DNA of 63,988 bases, the filler included, from Dimargaris cristalligena (Eukaryota): assembly GCA_003614675.1 (NCBI GenBank). It is 6 parts of 6 records of this genome, joined end to end, with 100 filler letters (N's around TTAATTAATTAA, not from the genome) between each part and the next. Parts side by side here need not be neighbours in the genome. Positions count along the whole stretch, not along the records: positions 32,437 to 43,131 come from ML003164.1; positions 43,232 to 53,896 come from ML003165.1; 4 more parts are not named here. The stretch is one strand, 5' to 3'. Positions 34,850 to 48,800 of the stretch are shown here, piece by piece (the stretch's first letter is position 1; the number at the start of each line of letters is the position of its first letter). The notes under the pieces were generated by a model. The model made no database searches. It was not told the origin of the DNA and saw only the letters and a program-made list of their open reading frames with translations. A program made the position numbers and the translations under genes.

Positions 34850-36283
34850 CGAAATTAAGCGTTCTGTTAGGGGCATCCTGGGGTTAAAATGCTCCACCTT
34901 TATCATTTGTTAATGCGGCACTGTCGGCTATTCCCGCATTTATTTAAGAGAGAAATTACCGAAATTCACGAATATTTACATCTATCCCACCCAATAACTG
35001 TTTTGGGTATAATTATCTAATTTATTTACGCTGGTTCCTTTTGAACCACTTGTGCCCAAGGGCGTTGTTTTAGTCTATATAAATATTTATTGGGGACTGC
35101 TTTAAATCTCAATAAATTATTGATAATGTTGACTGATAGTATTTTCAAAGGTATCTCAGTTGGGGTTTGATTCCGGCCCGCTATTTTTGACGATGGGGAA
35201 TGAGTTTGTCGAGAAAGTGCTACACCATAGACTTGTAAGTGGTGGTGGATATTATGAGAGAGGTTCAGTCGGACTATATAACGAATACTCCGTTCAAAGA
35301 GGCCAGCATTGTTGGCTGAAAACACCAACTCACCAACCCTCTCATACATATATCATTCGGAACATAATATAATCGTAGGAGTCTCCAAAGTGGGCCAGGT
35401 TCCCCGTTGATCACTCTTGGCCTAAAGGAACCAATTGGCTACGCCCCTAAAAGTCCATGACCCGTCCAACTCTCCTCGAGTTTCCAAGTCGAAGTGGGAG
35501 GCCTGCCCATAGCTAGTCACAGGAAATACGTTGCCCATGTTATTGTGGCCTCAGCAACTTGAGCACCCAATCATACCTTTTTCTTCGTATTCCCATTAAG
35601 GCTGGTCAAGCAGCTATGCGTAGGGGGGGGGGGTGGTCTTTTGGTGCCTAATGGGTTCAACGGGCAATTCTCAAATCCCATTGTTGAATCTTTTCTCAAT
35701 GGAGTCCCCTGTCTATGCCCATTAGTCCAACTTGGGCCAAAGGGAGCCAAAGGACGGCCGTTTCTTTAGTTTAACCCCCCTGCTGGGGCCTGTAGACGAG
35801 ATGCCCCGGTCCAATACTACGAGATGGGGCCGCTGTAGCATCTTTCCCCTTCCCGCCCTTGACTCCCCCGTCGGCGCATTGATTTTAATCCCCTCAACCT
35901 ATGAAACGGCCACATTAAGGTCGCTTGGCCATTTTTACTAACCCACTTATTTTTTGAGCCGTTTTGACCATTGGCCTTGAAGTTACCGGTGCTAATTTAA
36001 ATATATAGGCATACGTGCCCCTCCAACACTCAAGTATTTTGTTTTCCAACTTCATAATATCTTAATATAATATCCCCTACAGCTCGCTCTTTTTTGTGTT
36101 ACTTTCCATTACGCCGCCCGACTAGCGTAAACCAGTAGTTGGCTTTACGTCCCCTCTCTATACGATTCGATTCTCTACCGCCAATTCTCCCTATGAATTA
36201 TTATTTTTAAGTTACTTAAAGTCAATTATACGTACGGTGTGCTGGAGGGATTGCTTAACCAGTGGGCCGCTTTTCCTTCTGCC

Positions 36284-37861
36284 ATGCGGGTAAGTATACC
36301 TCGTCAAGTATGTTATCAGACCCTGTATTTCAAACCCCAATTCCATTGCAGTAATTAACCCCACCACTTTTCGGTGACCCGTCCAGAGTAAAGCCCAGGT
36401 TCACAAGTCATTTCCTAACTCGCCACGAGCATAATCAATTGGATATGGTCTGTATTTCATCTTTTTATTCTCCATAAATCCACTTTTGTAGAGTCTTTGC
36501 CGTATTATATTCGTGCTCTTCAGCTTGACTTGGCTGGTGTCCAAGGAAATGAGTGCTGCTCCTACCAATGTCATCACCACTGCACCTGCTCCTTTAGACC
36601 CAATTACCAGTACTACTGTCTCGACAGACTCCGCGGCGACTGGACTTCCTCCGGCCTCGAAAAAAGTTGTCCCGGTGATAAAAACGGTTACAGTCCGTGC
36701 AGCTCCAACTCCGACCCCAACTCCGGCTACACCCACCAGTACCAGTACTGCTAGCCCGACTTCGCAGCCAGCCCCTCCACCCCCTACTTACCCGCCTCCT
36801 GTTGTAACTTCCAAGGGACCTGGTACACTTACTCCTGAAGATATTACTAAGTTAAAAGACTATGTCGAGTAAGTATTCTGGTTGAATGAGGTAGTCAACT
36901 GTTCATTTTTTTATAATGTAGCCTGTTCCGGAGAGAATAGATTCAACTATACTATGGCCTGACCTAGAATATATATATACCATATTTTGACCTGAGTCTA
37001 ACCACTTGAACTTGGAACTTGGCGACCTTGTTGCACCAACACCTTTATTCTACTCTTGTACTATCTGCAATTTGGCCATCCCCGTCGTGAATTACTTAAA
37101 CTGCCAGTTACGTATTTGCGGCCTATCGTATCAACAGTATGGAAAACCGGGACGTCCTCCTCAAAGGAACCGGTACTCAGAGTGCGCAGCTGGAGTACGT
37201 GTTTCATAACGCGGAAGAACCGACCTTCAACGGTTACATTGCAACCGACCCCAAAACCAAGGTGATTGCCGTAGTCTTCAGGGGCTCGTCCACCACCGAC
37301 GACCTGGAGACGGTACTGGACGTCAAGCGGGATAGTTGGCCCGTGGGTACGGGTAGCGAGATTTACGGCGGGCCCCTAAGCGGTTACCAGACCCATGGCG
37401 CTGCCCTCGTCGCTGAGCACCAAAAGCTAGTGACCAAGTACCCGGACTACCGGTCGGTGATTACCGGCCACTCCCTAGGGGGGCTGCACGCCATGATCTA
37501 CGCGTTCGATAACTACGGCAAGTTAGGCCCGGCGCCCTGGGAAGTAATCACCTTCGCCTCCCCCAAAATCGGGAACCCCGAGTTCCGGCAGTTGTGGAGG
37601 GCCAAGGACATCCCCGTGGCCCGGGTGGCCAACCTCAACGATGCGGCCATTCACTGGCCCCTCTTGAGCTACAGCTTTTGCCATACCGGTCCCCCGATTG
37701 TGATTGACTCGGAAAGCAACCAGACTTACGCGTGTGCGGATGAATCAACTCCGGGCTCGCCCAATGCCTGTCTGACCCAGAAACGTAAAATGCGGGCCAG
37801 TCTCTCGGCCCACGGGTCATTCTGGGGCAACGACGGATCGCAGTTCGGACCTAAGGCCTAG
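36284..37861 (+). CDS. Secreted class-3 lipase with Thr/Pro-rich N-terminal linker (exons 36284-36289, 36492-36868, 37108-37861)
   Basis: 6-nt first coding exon ATGCGG|GTAAGT; signal peptide; VFRGS, GHSLGG, TFASPKIGN, NLNDA and SAH motifs; phases consistent. Confidence 0.88.
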
Positions 37862-38576
37862 CGTGGGTTCAACGGCCGAGGGATATCTTTACTATGGTCG
37901 CTGGGCACTTGTATTTTAACAGCGGCAGCCAAAAGACTTAGGCGTATTTGGGCAACTATTCCACCCTTCGGGATTAATGTCTGTTATATCTGTTCCTTTT
38001 TTTGTTTTGATTTTGTTTTAGCATTTAGACATTCCTTGCGTGGACCGCAGGGAATGTTTAATTATTGGTCGTGTCTAATCTGTAGTATAAACTTAATGTT
38101 TAATTTCAATATTAGTTCGTGTACCACTAACTAATCAGTGGCCCATCCAAATAGGAGGAGATGTGGTGTAATGGTCCGCTGTGCCCAGTAAGGTATGGTC
38201 AGTACACACAGGGGTGCATAGTACGTGCCGAAAATGCGGCACCGAAGAAACAGTACAGGCCCCAGGGTTAAGAATAAGATACCCTGTAGGAGGCGATGAT
38301 ACAGGTGGGGCAAAAAGAGGCAATAATAGCTGGTGTCGCTGCTTGTGAACCACCCCATACGAGTTGTTTTTGTTTATCATTTTGAAGAGCGATTATTCTC
38401 AGAAACAGCTGTGAATTCGCCAGCCTTGAAGTTTGTCCATTGCCACCGTCCCCGAGCCCGCCCTGCAACCATTACTATTAGCGAGTTGATCCGTTTGGTT
38501 GACTTGCACGTATCCCTTTTAGACCCGTTTACCCACCTTTACACTCCTCCATTCGTTCCTCTACCCTACGACCAAC

Positions 38577-40162
38577 ATGTTCGCCCGACCAAATCCAGCC
38601 TTCAAGAAGCTGGGCCATAAGTCCTCGTTCGACCACGGCCTCGAGCGCAAACGAGCCGCCAATCTCTCCTCGGCAACTACTTCCACCGAATCCGTGGTCT
38701 CCACAACCACTCTGTCCCGCTCCGACGGCCCCCACGGCCTTACCAGTCCCCAACTCGAAGCCAAACTCTTGGGACTGACCCAGCTGGTGAACGATGCTAC
38801 TTACAACAATTGTTCTGCGGCGCTCACTTTGTATAATTCGAGTTTAGCCAACCATATTCAGTCCATCCTCACGACGCCGCACCGTACCGATCACCAGCGT
38901 CAAGAAACGCTCCGGGCCCTTCGTTGGTTATTGCTCCAACAGTTCCAGGGCGAGGCGCTCATCAATGACGCCAATCCTTGCCGGGCCCTTCTATGGAAGC
39001 TCACCCTGGCCATGGAGTCGGTGTCCGCAGCGGATTATATTCGGTGGGTTCAGACCGGGCCCTCGGCCCTCTATTCCAAGATTAAACATGATGCGGCGCG
39101 TACACTTGCTACCGACGAGAATTTTTCGGCCCGAGTGGACGAGGCCATGCTGAGCCGTGTTTTGAACGCTTTTGTGTGGAAAAGTGAGGGTAAGTTGACT
39201 ATTTTTCATTATTGACGGCTTTGATGGTGGTCAGAGAGTATTCACCAATGTCAGACTCGTCCACCATGAAATATCATTTCACTATCGGCTATAATATAGC
39301 TGTACCGTTAATGGTCTAGTCCGGGTTACTTGACGTGTCCCTCCGATTATATATTTATATATATATTTAAAATGGGTGTACCTACATACTGCCACTTGCC
39401 TTTCTCCCATTTAGAGCAAAACCGTACCTTGGCCCAGTCCCAGTTTACCTACGTTCAGGGTATGAATGTCCTCGCCGCCCCCTTTCTCTATACTATGCAC
39501 GAGCTAGATGCATTTTATGCTTTGAATACTCTCTTACATCGACACTGCCCCACCTACGTTCAACCCACCCTGATTGGCGTCCACGCCGGCCTGAACCTCC
39601 TAGACATTTGTCTGAAATTCCTCGATTATCCGCTGTATCAATATCTGCGCGGGAAGGGTCTCAAGGCGGAGCTTTACGCTTTTCCGTCAGTCCTCACCCT
39701 GTCGGCCTGCACCCCGCCTTTACAGCAGGTTATTCATCTCTGGGATTTCCTGTTCGCCTATGGGGTACATCTTAATATTCTCTGTATTGTCGCCCAATTG
39801 ATTGAAATGCGCGATACATTGATGAAATCCGCTAGGTAAGTTGTGGATACCAAATCATTATAATAGTTCGTGGTGTCGCGATTTCGCCCCTCCCTCTTTC
39901 AATGAGCCTCCGGTGTACTAAATTCTCCTAGACTTATCGACCTCTTGTATGCGTCTTTGCCTACCAATATAATTGCAAAATTATACTATATAGTCCCATT
40001 AGCCATCTTCGGTCCTTACCTCTCCTTAACGCACGTAGCATTGTGCTTCGGACCCTAACTCTGCTTAAGCACCTGCCCAAGAACCTCTTCGATAGTTTGG
40101 CCCAACACACGGTTGACTTCAGTTACGCGCAGCAGTACGGCCAAAAAGCCACCGCCCGGTAG
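38577..40162 (+). CDS. BUB2: Bub2/Cdc16 TBC-domain GAP (exons 38577-39189, 39415-39835, 39994-40162)
   Basis: KIKHDAARTLATD, YVQGMNVLAAPFLY, AELYAFPSVLTLSACTPPL and LWDFLFAYGVHLNILC motifs. Confidence 0.92.
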
Positions 40163-40511
40163 GCACTACACCTCGATTTCAGTCCAGAAAAATATGGCTG
40201 GATTGAGTCATTACACCTTATACATCAAGTCCCCATATTCTTTACAGAATGCCCTTGTAATTTTAGATACACTTAGTTTGTATGAATTGCCTTTAAAGTA
40301 AATCCCCGATATATAAATTTAGTGCCAAAGCATATGCGGGTAGGAGCCTGAAAATCCCACAATGCACCGTCGATCATATACCACCTTTAGTGTGAAATAT
40401 AGTGGTTGAATTATATATTTCTGAATAATACATTAAAGATAATTAGCAGGCCAGATAATTGTGCTTCCAGTACTAGTGTGGATGAATATTCAAGTGGACC
40501 GATGTACATGA

Positions 40512-42563
40512 TCACTCGGAGGTATCCTTCGCAAGCCAAGGAAACAGATCCACTCGTTGGTGCCGCAGAACTGGCAATTCCGACCGAACACCGGCTAGAT
40601 ACTCTAAATCAATATCAGCTATTGCCAGCGAAGGCTGGGTAATGTCTGAGCACTGGGCGACTATGGCTCCCCACGGATCAATGATCTGGAGATATTAAAG
40701 ATGGTGTGCATACTACTTGCCAATTGTTAGGGGAGGTTATACAAGTGCCGAGGTGTACCACCAAAATGACATATATCGGGGTGGGGATAATACCCGCTGC
40801 TATTGATTAGCCATGCCAAAAAAGCACCATATGACATGTGGCCCGTTTGGGAGACCGGTGGGGGTACCTACCATGGCATGTCCATAGCTGGATCGGGTTG
40901 GGTGATGCTTGCCTATTTGGGCCGCTGCAGCAACATAGCACTGGTTTTCAATGGCTCGAGCTCGTAGTAGAGGCTCTATCGAAAGGTTCATTGTTGTAAA
41001 AGCGGGATACACCTAAGGTCAGTTATCTCATGCGTGTATGTGTTTATATGCCATTAAGCCACGTATAACGACAGCGGCTACGGGTCTGGCCTGGAAAAGG
41101 GCCAATATAAGGGGATATTAAAAGGTACTTTACCCCAATGGGCAGCGCCAGTTCGTAAGGTAAAGGCCGATGGGTAGGTAAGGATTTGGGCCCCTTGGCG
41201 AACCAGCTCGGCAGATAAAGTTGGAAAGCGCAGATCATAGCACTGAACACGACGAGGTGACAAGTATATTCAAAGTCAGTGAGTTAGCGCAAATGGGATT
41301 CCCAATTGAGACTGTGGGTAATTTGGAGGATATCAATTGCCAGCAGTAGTGTGTTTAAAACACCCCGGTAATAGACCCAGGCGTGACCGAGGAATAGCTA
41401 GTAAATGGTCTAGACAATGAATAATATATATATATATATTTCTTACCGTACTCAGGCCAACCCGGCCGGCTGGAGTGGGCACAGGTGCCACAACCTCCGA
41501 ACCAGGTCTAGTGCTAGCACTTTCCACAAGCCTGGGCTGTTGATCCTTTTTATACTGTTGTATGAATGTATGGCCATACCAGTGGGCCAGATGAGAGTCA
41601 CAATTAGACAGTGGACAAGTCATGCAAATTAGCCCACACGCCATTGTTTTTCTAGGCGGTGGTGGCTAGGATCGGAATAACAAACGGGTTGTCTTGATGG
41701 TAGGATGGGCCAGTTATGACTATAAAGTCAACATGGCCTGTTAGTTAACCCCTAGGCAAAATGAAATAAAACGGGTAATTACCAGATCGAACAGATGGAG
41801 TTTCCGGTACTTTGCACACACATTGCCCAGTGAATCAATTATCAGGTGGGTGTTGTAGACTTTATCCGTATCCGACGCCTAATAAATATAAGGGTCATTT
41901 CATAGATACAGCATTCGTGCGATGATCAGTTCAGTGAGCCATCATTCCCAGCAACCATCTTAGGTTCGTCATATATATGCAGTAATGTGCATAGAGGAAA
42001 TGCATTCTTATCGGACACCCTATATCTCATTACCTCGTGTACGCCAACGGATATATGCAAATCGTGCTTGGCAGCCTCGTTGGCCAAAGGACGGACAAAA
42101 TCGGTATCGGTCCACTGGGCCAGGCGGGGAATATCCTTCGGGTCCCCGGCGATAAAATCGGACGCTTCCGGCAAAAATAGTACCTGGACACGATTGGGTA
42201 AAAAAAAATTAAACAGTATAATATATACCAACATTTAACACCTCTAGGCCTACTAGTTCCATTCACAATGGAGGGAAGGAAAGCAGTCCCCATAACATAG
42301 GGACCCAGCCACAGGATTCATAGGAAAAGTGCGGCATACAGGTGAAAGGTTTTAGTAGTTCACACCGTCCCTAATTCGCCGGTACTCTATTCTATAAACC
42401 CTCCTAAATCCCAGCCTAATGCTAGAAGCCTAACAGTGGCTACTTGTTGCTAACTCACCTTCGAACCCAAATGGGCCGCTCGACGAATGAGGGTAAAGCA
42501 GGCCTCAAGGTTTTGGGACACGGCTGCTGTTCCGCAAAACTGTCCGACGGCGACTAGAACCAT
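40512..42563 (-). CDS. Nitrilase-family Nit1-type (deaminated glutathione) amidase, 7 exons
   Basis: [14 protein letters not shown] (Glu), YRKLHLFD (Lys), CYDLRFP (Cys), [25 protein letters not shown] and IIDPWG; all GT-AG introns. Confidence 0.92.
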
Positions 42564-43131
42564 GGCGAATTCGAGCTAGATGGGGAAGTACTGGTTGTAA
42601 AGAGAACGGTAAGCAAAGCATGGGTCGACAAGAATTGAAGGTCCTAGAAAGCGGAATTCCGTAGTCACAAGCCTGAGTCCACTACCCAGGGGTTAATGTG
42701 CGGCGATAGGTTGGTGGACGCGATATAGTGGTTGTTGGCAAAATCTAACCCTCTCTAAGGTGGAGTTTAAACTGTGGCTTGCTTGAATGGGCGGGATACG
42801 CCAATGAATGGTGTATCTTCTATAACATCGTTGGCCATCTTTGCATGTGCGGCGGTTTCCCTACCACCTCAGTCGGCCTCCATTACCTCTATCTATCAAC
42901 ATGTATGCCCCACTGTTAATTTTAAAATGCGAATATGTATTAGCCACAAACTTGAATACTGGCATGGCTAGGATAAGGGATATACAGAATATATATATAT
43001 AGTATTATATATAGAATGAGGGGGTGGAGTAAAGTCGGTCAAAGGGAATAGTCGTAAGAGGCGTAAATAAAATAGTAATAAAAAGGCGTAAAACACATAA
43101 GGTGTGGTGCGTATAGATATATACGTACAGG

Positions 43132-43231
43132 NNNNNNNNNNNNNNNNNNNNNNNNNNNNNNNNNNNNNNNNNNNNTTAATTAATTAANNNNNNNNNNNNN
43201 NNNNNNNNNNNNNNNNNNNNNNNNNNNNNNN
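43132..43231. other. Artificial contig linker
   Basis: N-TTAATTAATTAA-N, 100 nt. Confidence 0.98.
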
Positions 43232-43304
43232 AACTTTTGACCAGTAATATTTACCTCATCAAATGGATTATTCGTTATACAGCCTGGATGAATATCTGCC
43301 ATAT
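43232..43304 (+). mobile_element. MITE-like element, copy E (partial; contig begins inside it)
   Basis: CTTTTGACCAGTAATATTTACCTCATCAAATGG...TTATACAGCCTGGATGAATATCTGCCATAT. Confidence 0.8.
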
Positions 43305-45819
43305 CAACGACGATATAATTTTTTTACACCCTTATATGCTGCCAATACCATTGCCCAACTCTATACTGGAAGCCCTTTATTAAGCGGATCGATCCACTTT
43401 TGTAATAACTACACCACTCTCTCAGTGACGCTCGCTGATCTGCCACATTGTCTGGGTTCATGAGTAGGGCCTCAAATGAACCAGTTCAATGTTACGTAAT
43501 GTATATTACCAATCAGTTATTTGAAAATGGGTATAGGATTATGTGCGTGGTTTAATCGACTCTATCGCCAAAGTGTAAGCATTGATGCGTAAAATCACCT
43601 AACCAGAATAATTATGGTCTTTAACATAGCAGTATTCCCCTGGACCCTGACAACAAGTATTGGCTGGAATCTAACCAGGATTCATTCCACAGTACCCTGA
43701 CCAGCTAAACCCGAGCGCCAACAGCTCTCGCTTCCCCTGAGCCTCTTCGGGCAAAACACGGCAGCAATCAACAGGGGCATCATACTGAGACTTGACTGTT
43801 ATATTGCGCGGCCATCGGAGACCCTGCCCACAATTAATAATATAATTGTGACCTTTGTATATCATGAACTTATATTGATATATCACCTCTTGATGTATCA
43901 CCAGCGGGATATTTCTTGCATTACAGGGTTAGCGCGAGGTGAAACTCGACACGATTTGCCCAATAATTTTATGCGAGTTTGTCTAAATTCCACTCCCTCC
44001 CCGCTTGCTAGACTATCATCAGGTTCCCCGACCGTCGACCAAGACTAGCGTGATGTATCTTGATGGCTAAGTATTAGGATTCGGTGTCGATTGGATGAAT
44101 TGGGAAGCACCACCCTAGTCACACCACCTCTGCCTGTAGCTGGATAATGAGGCCAGTTTTGCCTCTTTTCACAAATGTTTGAGCCTGCCCAATCATGGTT
44201 GAAATTTAGATGGTCCATTCGGCGGAGTTGATCCATCCAAAGGAACCGATGTAATCTTTGCCGACAAAGAAAGAGAGCCGTCAATGGATCCACCACAGCG
44301 CTGCTCTTTCCCCCAGTCCCTTCCCTCCTTCCGCCCCCGCCTTTTGGTGGTCCTCTTTAATACTGGTTCAGCTGGCCATGGCATTGCCCATCAGGTAGTT
44401 AGGTGGGTTGGTTAGTTGGTGGGCGCTATTTTCGGACACTATGGAGTGTGACCACCATTTCTGACTCTTAAATTACCTATTGGTTTACATTATGATATTC
44501 AAAGTCTGCCCAGCGGCTATTAATATCCGCGAATGATATGTAGGGGGGGTTAAGGGTGTTCAAGAAAGGGTATTTTCTATGGGCACCCGTCCCTCGTCCT
44601 TGCCCGCCACCTCCCTCTTTCTTGACCACAGCAAAGACCAAGGTGCTGCGTATCAATTCCAATTGAGGGAGTTGTCAGCCCTGATCTATGCTTCCGTTTC
44701 CACCACTGCCACCACCACCGGGAGAACTATATAGGTTCTCCTCCCTGCTCACTCCATAACACGGTTTATTTTGCTCCCTGGGCGTATACAATCGAATCCC
44801 GGTATTTTATTTATTTATTTGTGTTATCCTCTGCTTTTTAATACAATTCTCTATTCCAACTGAACCTGCCTCGTTATTACCCTCCCTACCTCGTTTATAA
44901 TTAATATTTTCGATAATTCACCCTAAAAGTTTACGTGCCTCCTAGTACCGAGCCCCTTTTTAGTATTATATATCACTGGAGTGCGACCATTTTCTCCTTC
45001 CGTTTTAATTGCATAGGAAGGCCCGGCCTATCTAAATTTGCTTGTTACCAATAGTGCCATCTAGGAAACTCTTACCCCTCTTAGTTTGCACCATTCCTGG
45101 ATTTCTAGTACATTAGTTTACTCGTCATCTGACTGTTGTTCGCCCGGCTTCATAACTGAGCAGTGCCCTATTGGAGAGCACCGAAAACTATTTGTTTACA
45201 GAGTGTGTCACTTCTCTGCATCGATTCGCTAGCTGTAGCCTAACAACGCCGTAATCAGTCAACGTTGCCCGCCCAACCCCTGAGTGAATGGTAGGATATT
45301 AGTCTTTTATAATCGATTGATGAACCCTGTTCGAAACCTTGCCCCCTATTTTAACAGCCCCTTAATATGGGTGTAAACCGTGGGGTATAAATCTTTAACC
45401 CGCGCGCCTTCGCTGTAGGCCATGCTCTCTTTTGTCTCGACTTGCTTCGTTAACACTTCGTTGAGCTACGTTAGTGCTAAGATCCCAATCTAACCCTTTC
45501 ATTTATCTAGTGTTCTTTAACTCAATTGATACGGCCGGCTATTAGGATCAACCGGCGATCGGTCCACATTCATATTGGCTCGCTCACCACACCGTAGTAT
45601 CTTAGCATCACCTTGCTTTCCCTACTTTGCCTACACCAATCCTTTTGGAGTATCCTACCTTTTATCCCACTACCCACCCCCTCCTTCGATCGCCCCCACA
45701 GACCGCTTCCCTGTTCTCTGAGCAGTCGATTTGGGCTACTTCATTGGTGGGCTTTTGACGTTCATCCCCCCACCCCTTCATTTTCCAACGAAGTCGCATA
45801 TTCGGGGTCGTTTATAATA

Positions 45820-48800
45820 ATGACCTGCCATACTTACGCCCCACCTGTCCGATCGTGCAGCATGAATGGCGGTGCTCCAGACCTCTACAACCGGAGGCAC
45901 GGCCAAGATAACCGGGCATCGAATATCGCGGAGCTAGATTTAAGTGAAAATCTCCGGTCGGCCAATATAACCGGGGGTATTATATCCGCCTGGGGTTGGA
46001 AAACCTCCCTCTTCAACTTTTATAAACGGCCGATTGCCGCAGTGGTCCCGACCGTCACCTTCCAGGTGTACCCGGACTTTGAATCGTGTGTCAGCCTTGC
46101 CTATCCCCTGGAACGGCGGGTTGTGGCGACCATAGTGCAGCCCACCGATGGCGGCCAATCCCTTGGCGGCTCCAGCGGGAGTGACAGCGACCGCGATACA
46201 GGAGCGGCCTTTATCCCTTCGCACCGAGGGTCCCTAGTGACCGCCGCTGCTATCCGGCCAACCATATCCTCTGGCCTGCCACCATCTCGGAACGGGAGGA
46301 CCCTCCAGGTCAGCCTGGAAGAGTGGCTACTGAGTGAAGGAGTCAACCAACCGCCTCCGCCGCGGTTGCGCGGCTCTATAAAATGGTACAACCCCCACAG
46401 TTGTCAATGGCAAACGAAAATAGTGATTTTACAACGCGACACGCTCACCTGCCAGGACTTTGTGCATAGGACCCGAGCGAGGAGGCGCCAACCCAAAGCT
46501 CTACTAGTCTCCCCAACGGACGAGCCCCGTAACCGTAGTAAGGGGGCCCGAATCATGCGGCTATTCCACAAAGAAGCAGGTCAACAAGCCCAACCACTCC
46601 CGCCATCCCCATTATCACCACCAACACCACTACGGCTCCGGCGTCTACGACGACTATCATCCCAGCTACCTCATCAGGCGGCTTCGCCTTCTCTTCCTTC
46701 GGCTTCATTTAATCCAACCAAGAAGCGCGGCGGCGGCGGAGAAGAAGTTGACAAAAAAAAGAATCCCCCACTAGACTCTTCACTGGGTTCCCAGTCCCCC
46801 GACGACTCCAGTACTACTACTACCGCCTCATCATTATCCTCCCCATCCCCGCCCCTACTACTTCAGGACCGTGGCCCTCGGCGGACTATAAAGACCCGTG
46901 GTGGCCCGCCTGGTCCACGCGGCGGTCCTGGCATTCCTTTTCCTTCGGCCGATTCTCTTGCTTCGCCATCAGCAGCTAATATTCGCAATTCTCCTTCTTC
47001 TCTAAATTCTTCAACTACGGACTTGGATCGTTCGGCCACTTCCCCACTTTGGGTCATCCATCTTACGATGATCAAGTCCCTTTCGTTCTTACCTGACGAG
47101 GGGGGACCCCCGCCTTCTTCCAAGGCAACCACCACCACCACTACTAGTCCCAAATCCCGCACCAACCCATATACTATTGATATTGCCACAACGGATGGGC
47201 GGACCGTATCTTTGGCCACCAAAACGAAAGCGCAGCAGCTTAAATGGGTGGTGGCCATTATTTCCAATTGGGACACTTATTTTAAGCTCCGCATGGACCT
47301 GCAGGCCGCCATGCCCGCTTCATTGGACGAAGAGCTCGCCCCCCTCGACCTAGCCCATGTTGCCCCCCGCGCGCCTGCCCAACCCCTACAAGGTCTACTG
47401 GGCGAATTACCGGTAGTCCACGATGCTCACGACATGGCTAATTCGACCCCCTTTCCCTTGCAGAGAGTTTCTTCGCCCACTGCTACGGGTTCAGCCGAAA
47501 TGGCCCATCCCGGCCCATTGAACCTCTCATTCAGCAATATGTGGCGGGAACTGGTCATTGACTCCATCCTTGCGGAAAGTTGTGTACGTATAACCTCGGC
47601 CTGTCCCATGAAGCGCCAAAAACGAGTGGAGGGTAGTAGTAGTGACCACCACCTGTCCTCCCCCGCCACCCTCCAGTTGGAGTCAAAAGGTCCCGTGACC
47701 CATAACAATTCAGAATCAGCCCTCAGGGCCCCGACTGAGGGGTCCAAGCCAGTTTCACTATTTCCTATTTCTGCACCCTCCATTTTACCCAACGCCGTTA
47801 ACGACGACGACCACCACCACCACCATCAATCCCTACGTCTGCAGTCATTTTGCGATCCCTCGGATGTCGTGGATATGTATGAGTTGTTGGGCGTTCCCTC
47901 TCCTGCTTTGTGCCATGAACCCTCCACTCTTTTGGCCTCCTCCAGCTCACCTAACGAACTGTTTGCCTTGGAAGGCCGTCGTTCCGTTCGGCAGGCCCGT
48001 CGTATGAGTCTCCCGGCGGCCGCCCTCGACCCCCTCTTTGAAACGGTGGCCCATGTTACCAAAGATGAGGATGACGACCACCCTAGTCTAAACGACTCTG
48101 AGACAATGCCACGGGCAGACTATACGACCCGTAAATATCCCGTCGGGGCGATTAGTTCTAGCTCCGCCGCTAAGTATGCCGGCGGTCCCCCGGTGACGTT
48201 GGCGGACCTACCCGAAAACGAACTAGTGTACCAGGACATTGTCGTGGATGACGACCTCACTATAACACTACCTTCGCCCATTGATACCTCATTCGCCCAC
48301 CAGGCAGTCACTCGCGGTCCGGCGTCGGCCCGCCCCGCCCTTTCGCGGGATGTGAAACTTCGTACCAAGCGACAGTTCTCTTTACCGGACCGCGGGACGC
48401 CCTTCATTATCCCCATTCTAAAACATTGGGGACCAAGTCTCGACAACTCCGAGGACGGCCACGACCTGCCTTCTCTCGTGGGGGACCTGGAGGGCGAGAC
48501 CCCCACGGCCCTCCAGCATTGCGAAATCGATGACCTGCCGCTCATCCCGAACGGATTTGCCCAGTTCCGCCAGCCTGACGGGAAGGAAGAGGGGGACGAG
48601 GGAAGCTTGGATTGGCGTAACCGGCGCATTCTGGATTGGCAACGGGAGGCCCAGAATCAGACAACTCCCCAACAGTACGCCAACCATTTGGTGCCGACTA
48701 ATAAGGTCGGCGGCCCCAACCCTTTGGACGCCTACCGGGTCATGGTACCGGACTTTCGCGCGATTTATAAAAGTCGACTGGAACACAACCTTAACAACTC

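Noticed and set aside
44721..44741. Near-palindrome GGAGAACTATATAGGTTCTCC upstream of the PH gene
   Set aside because: Single short instance with no supporting context.
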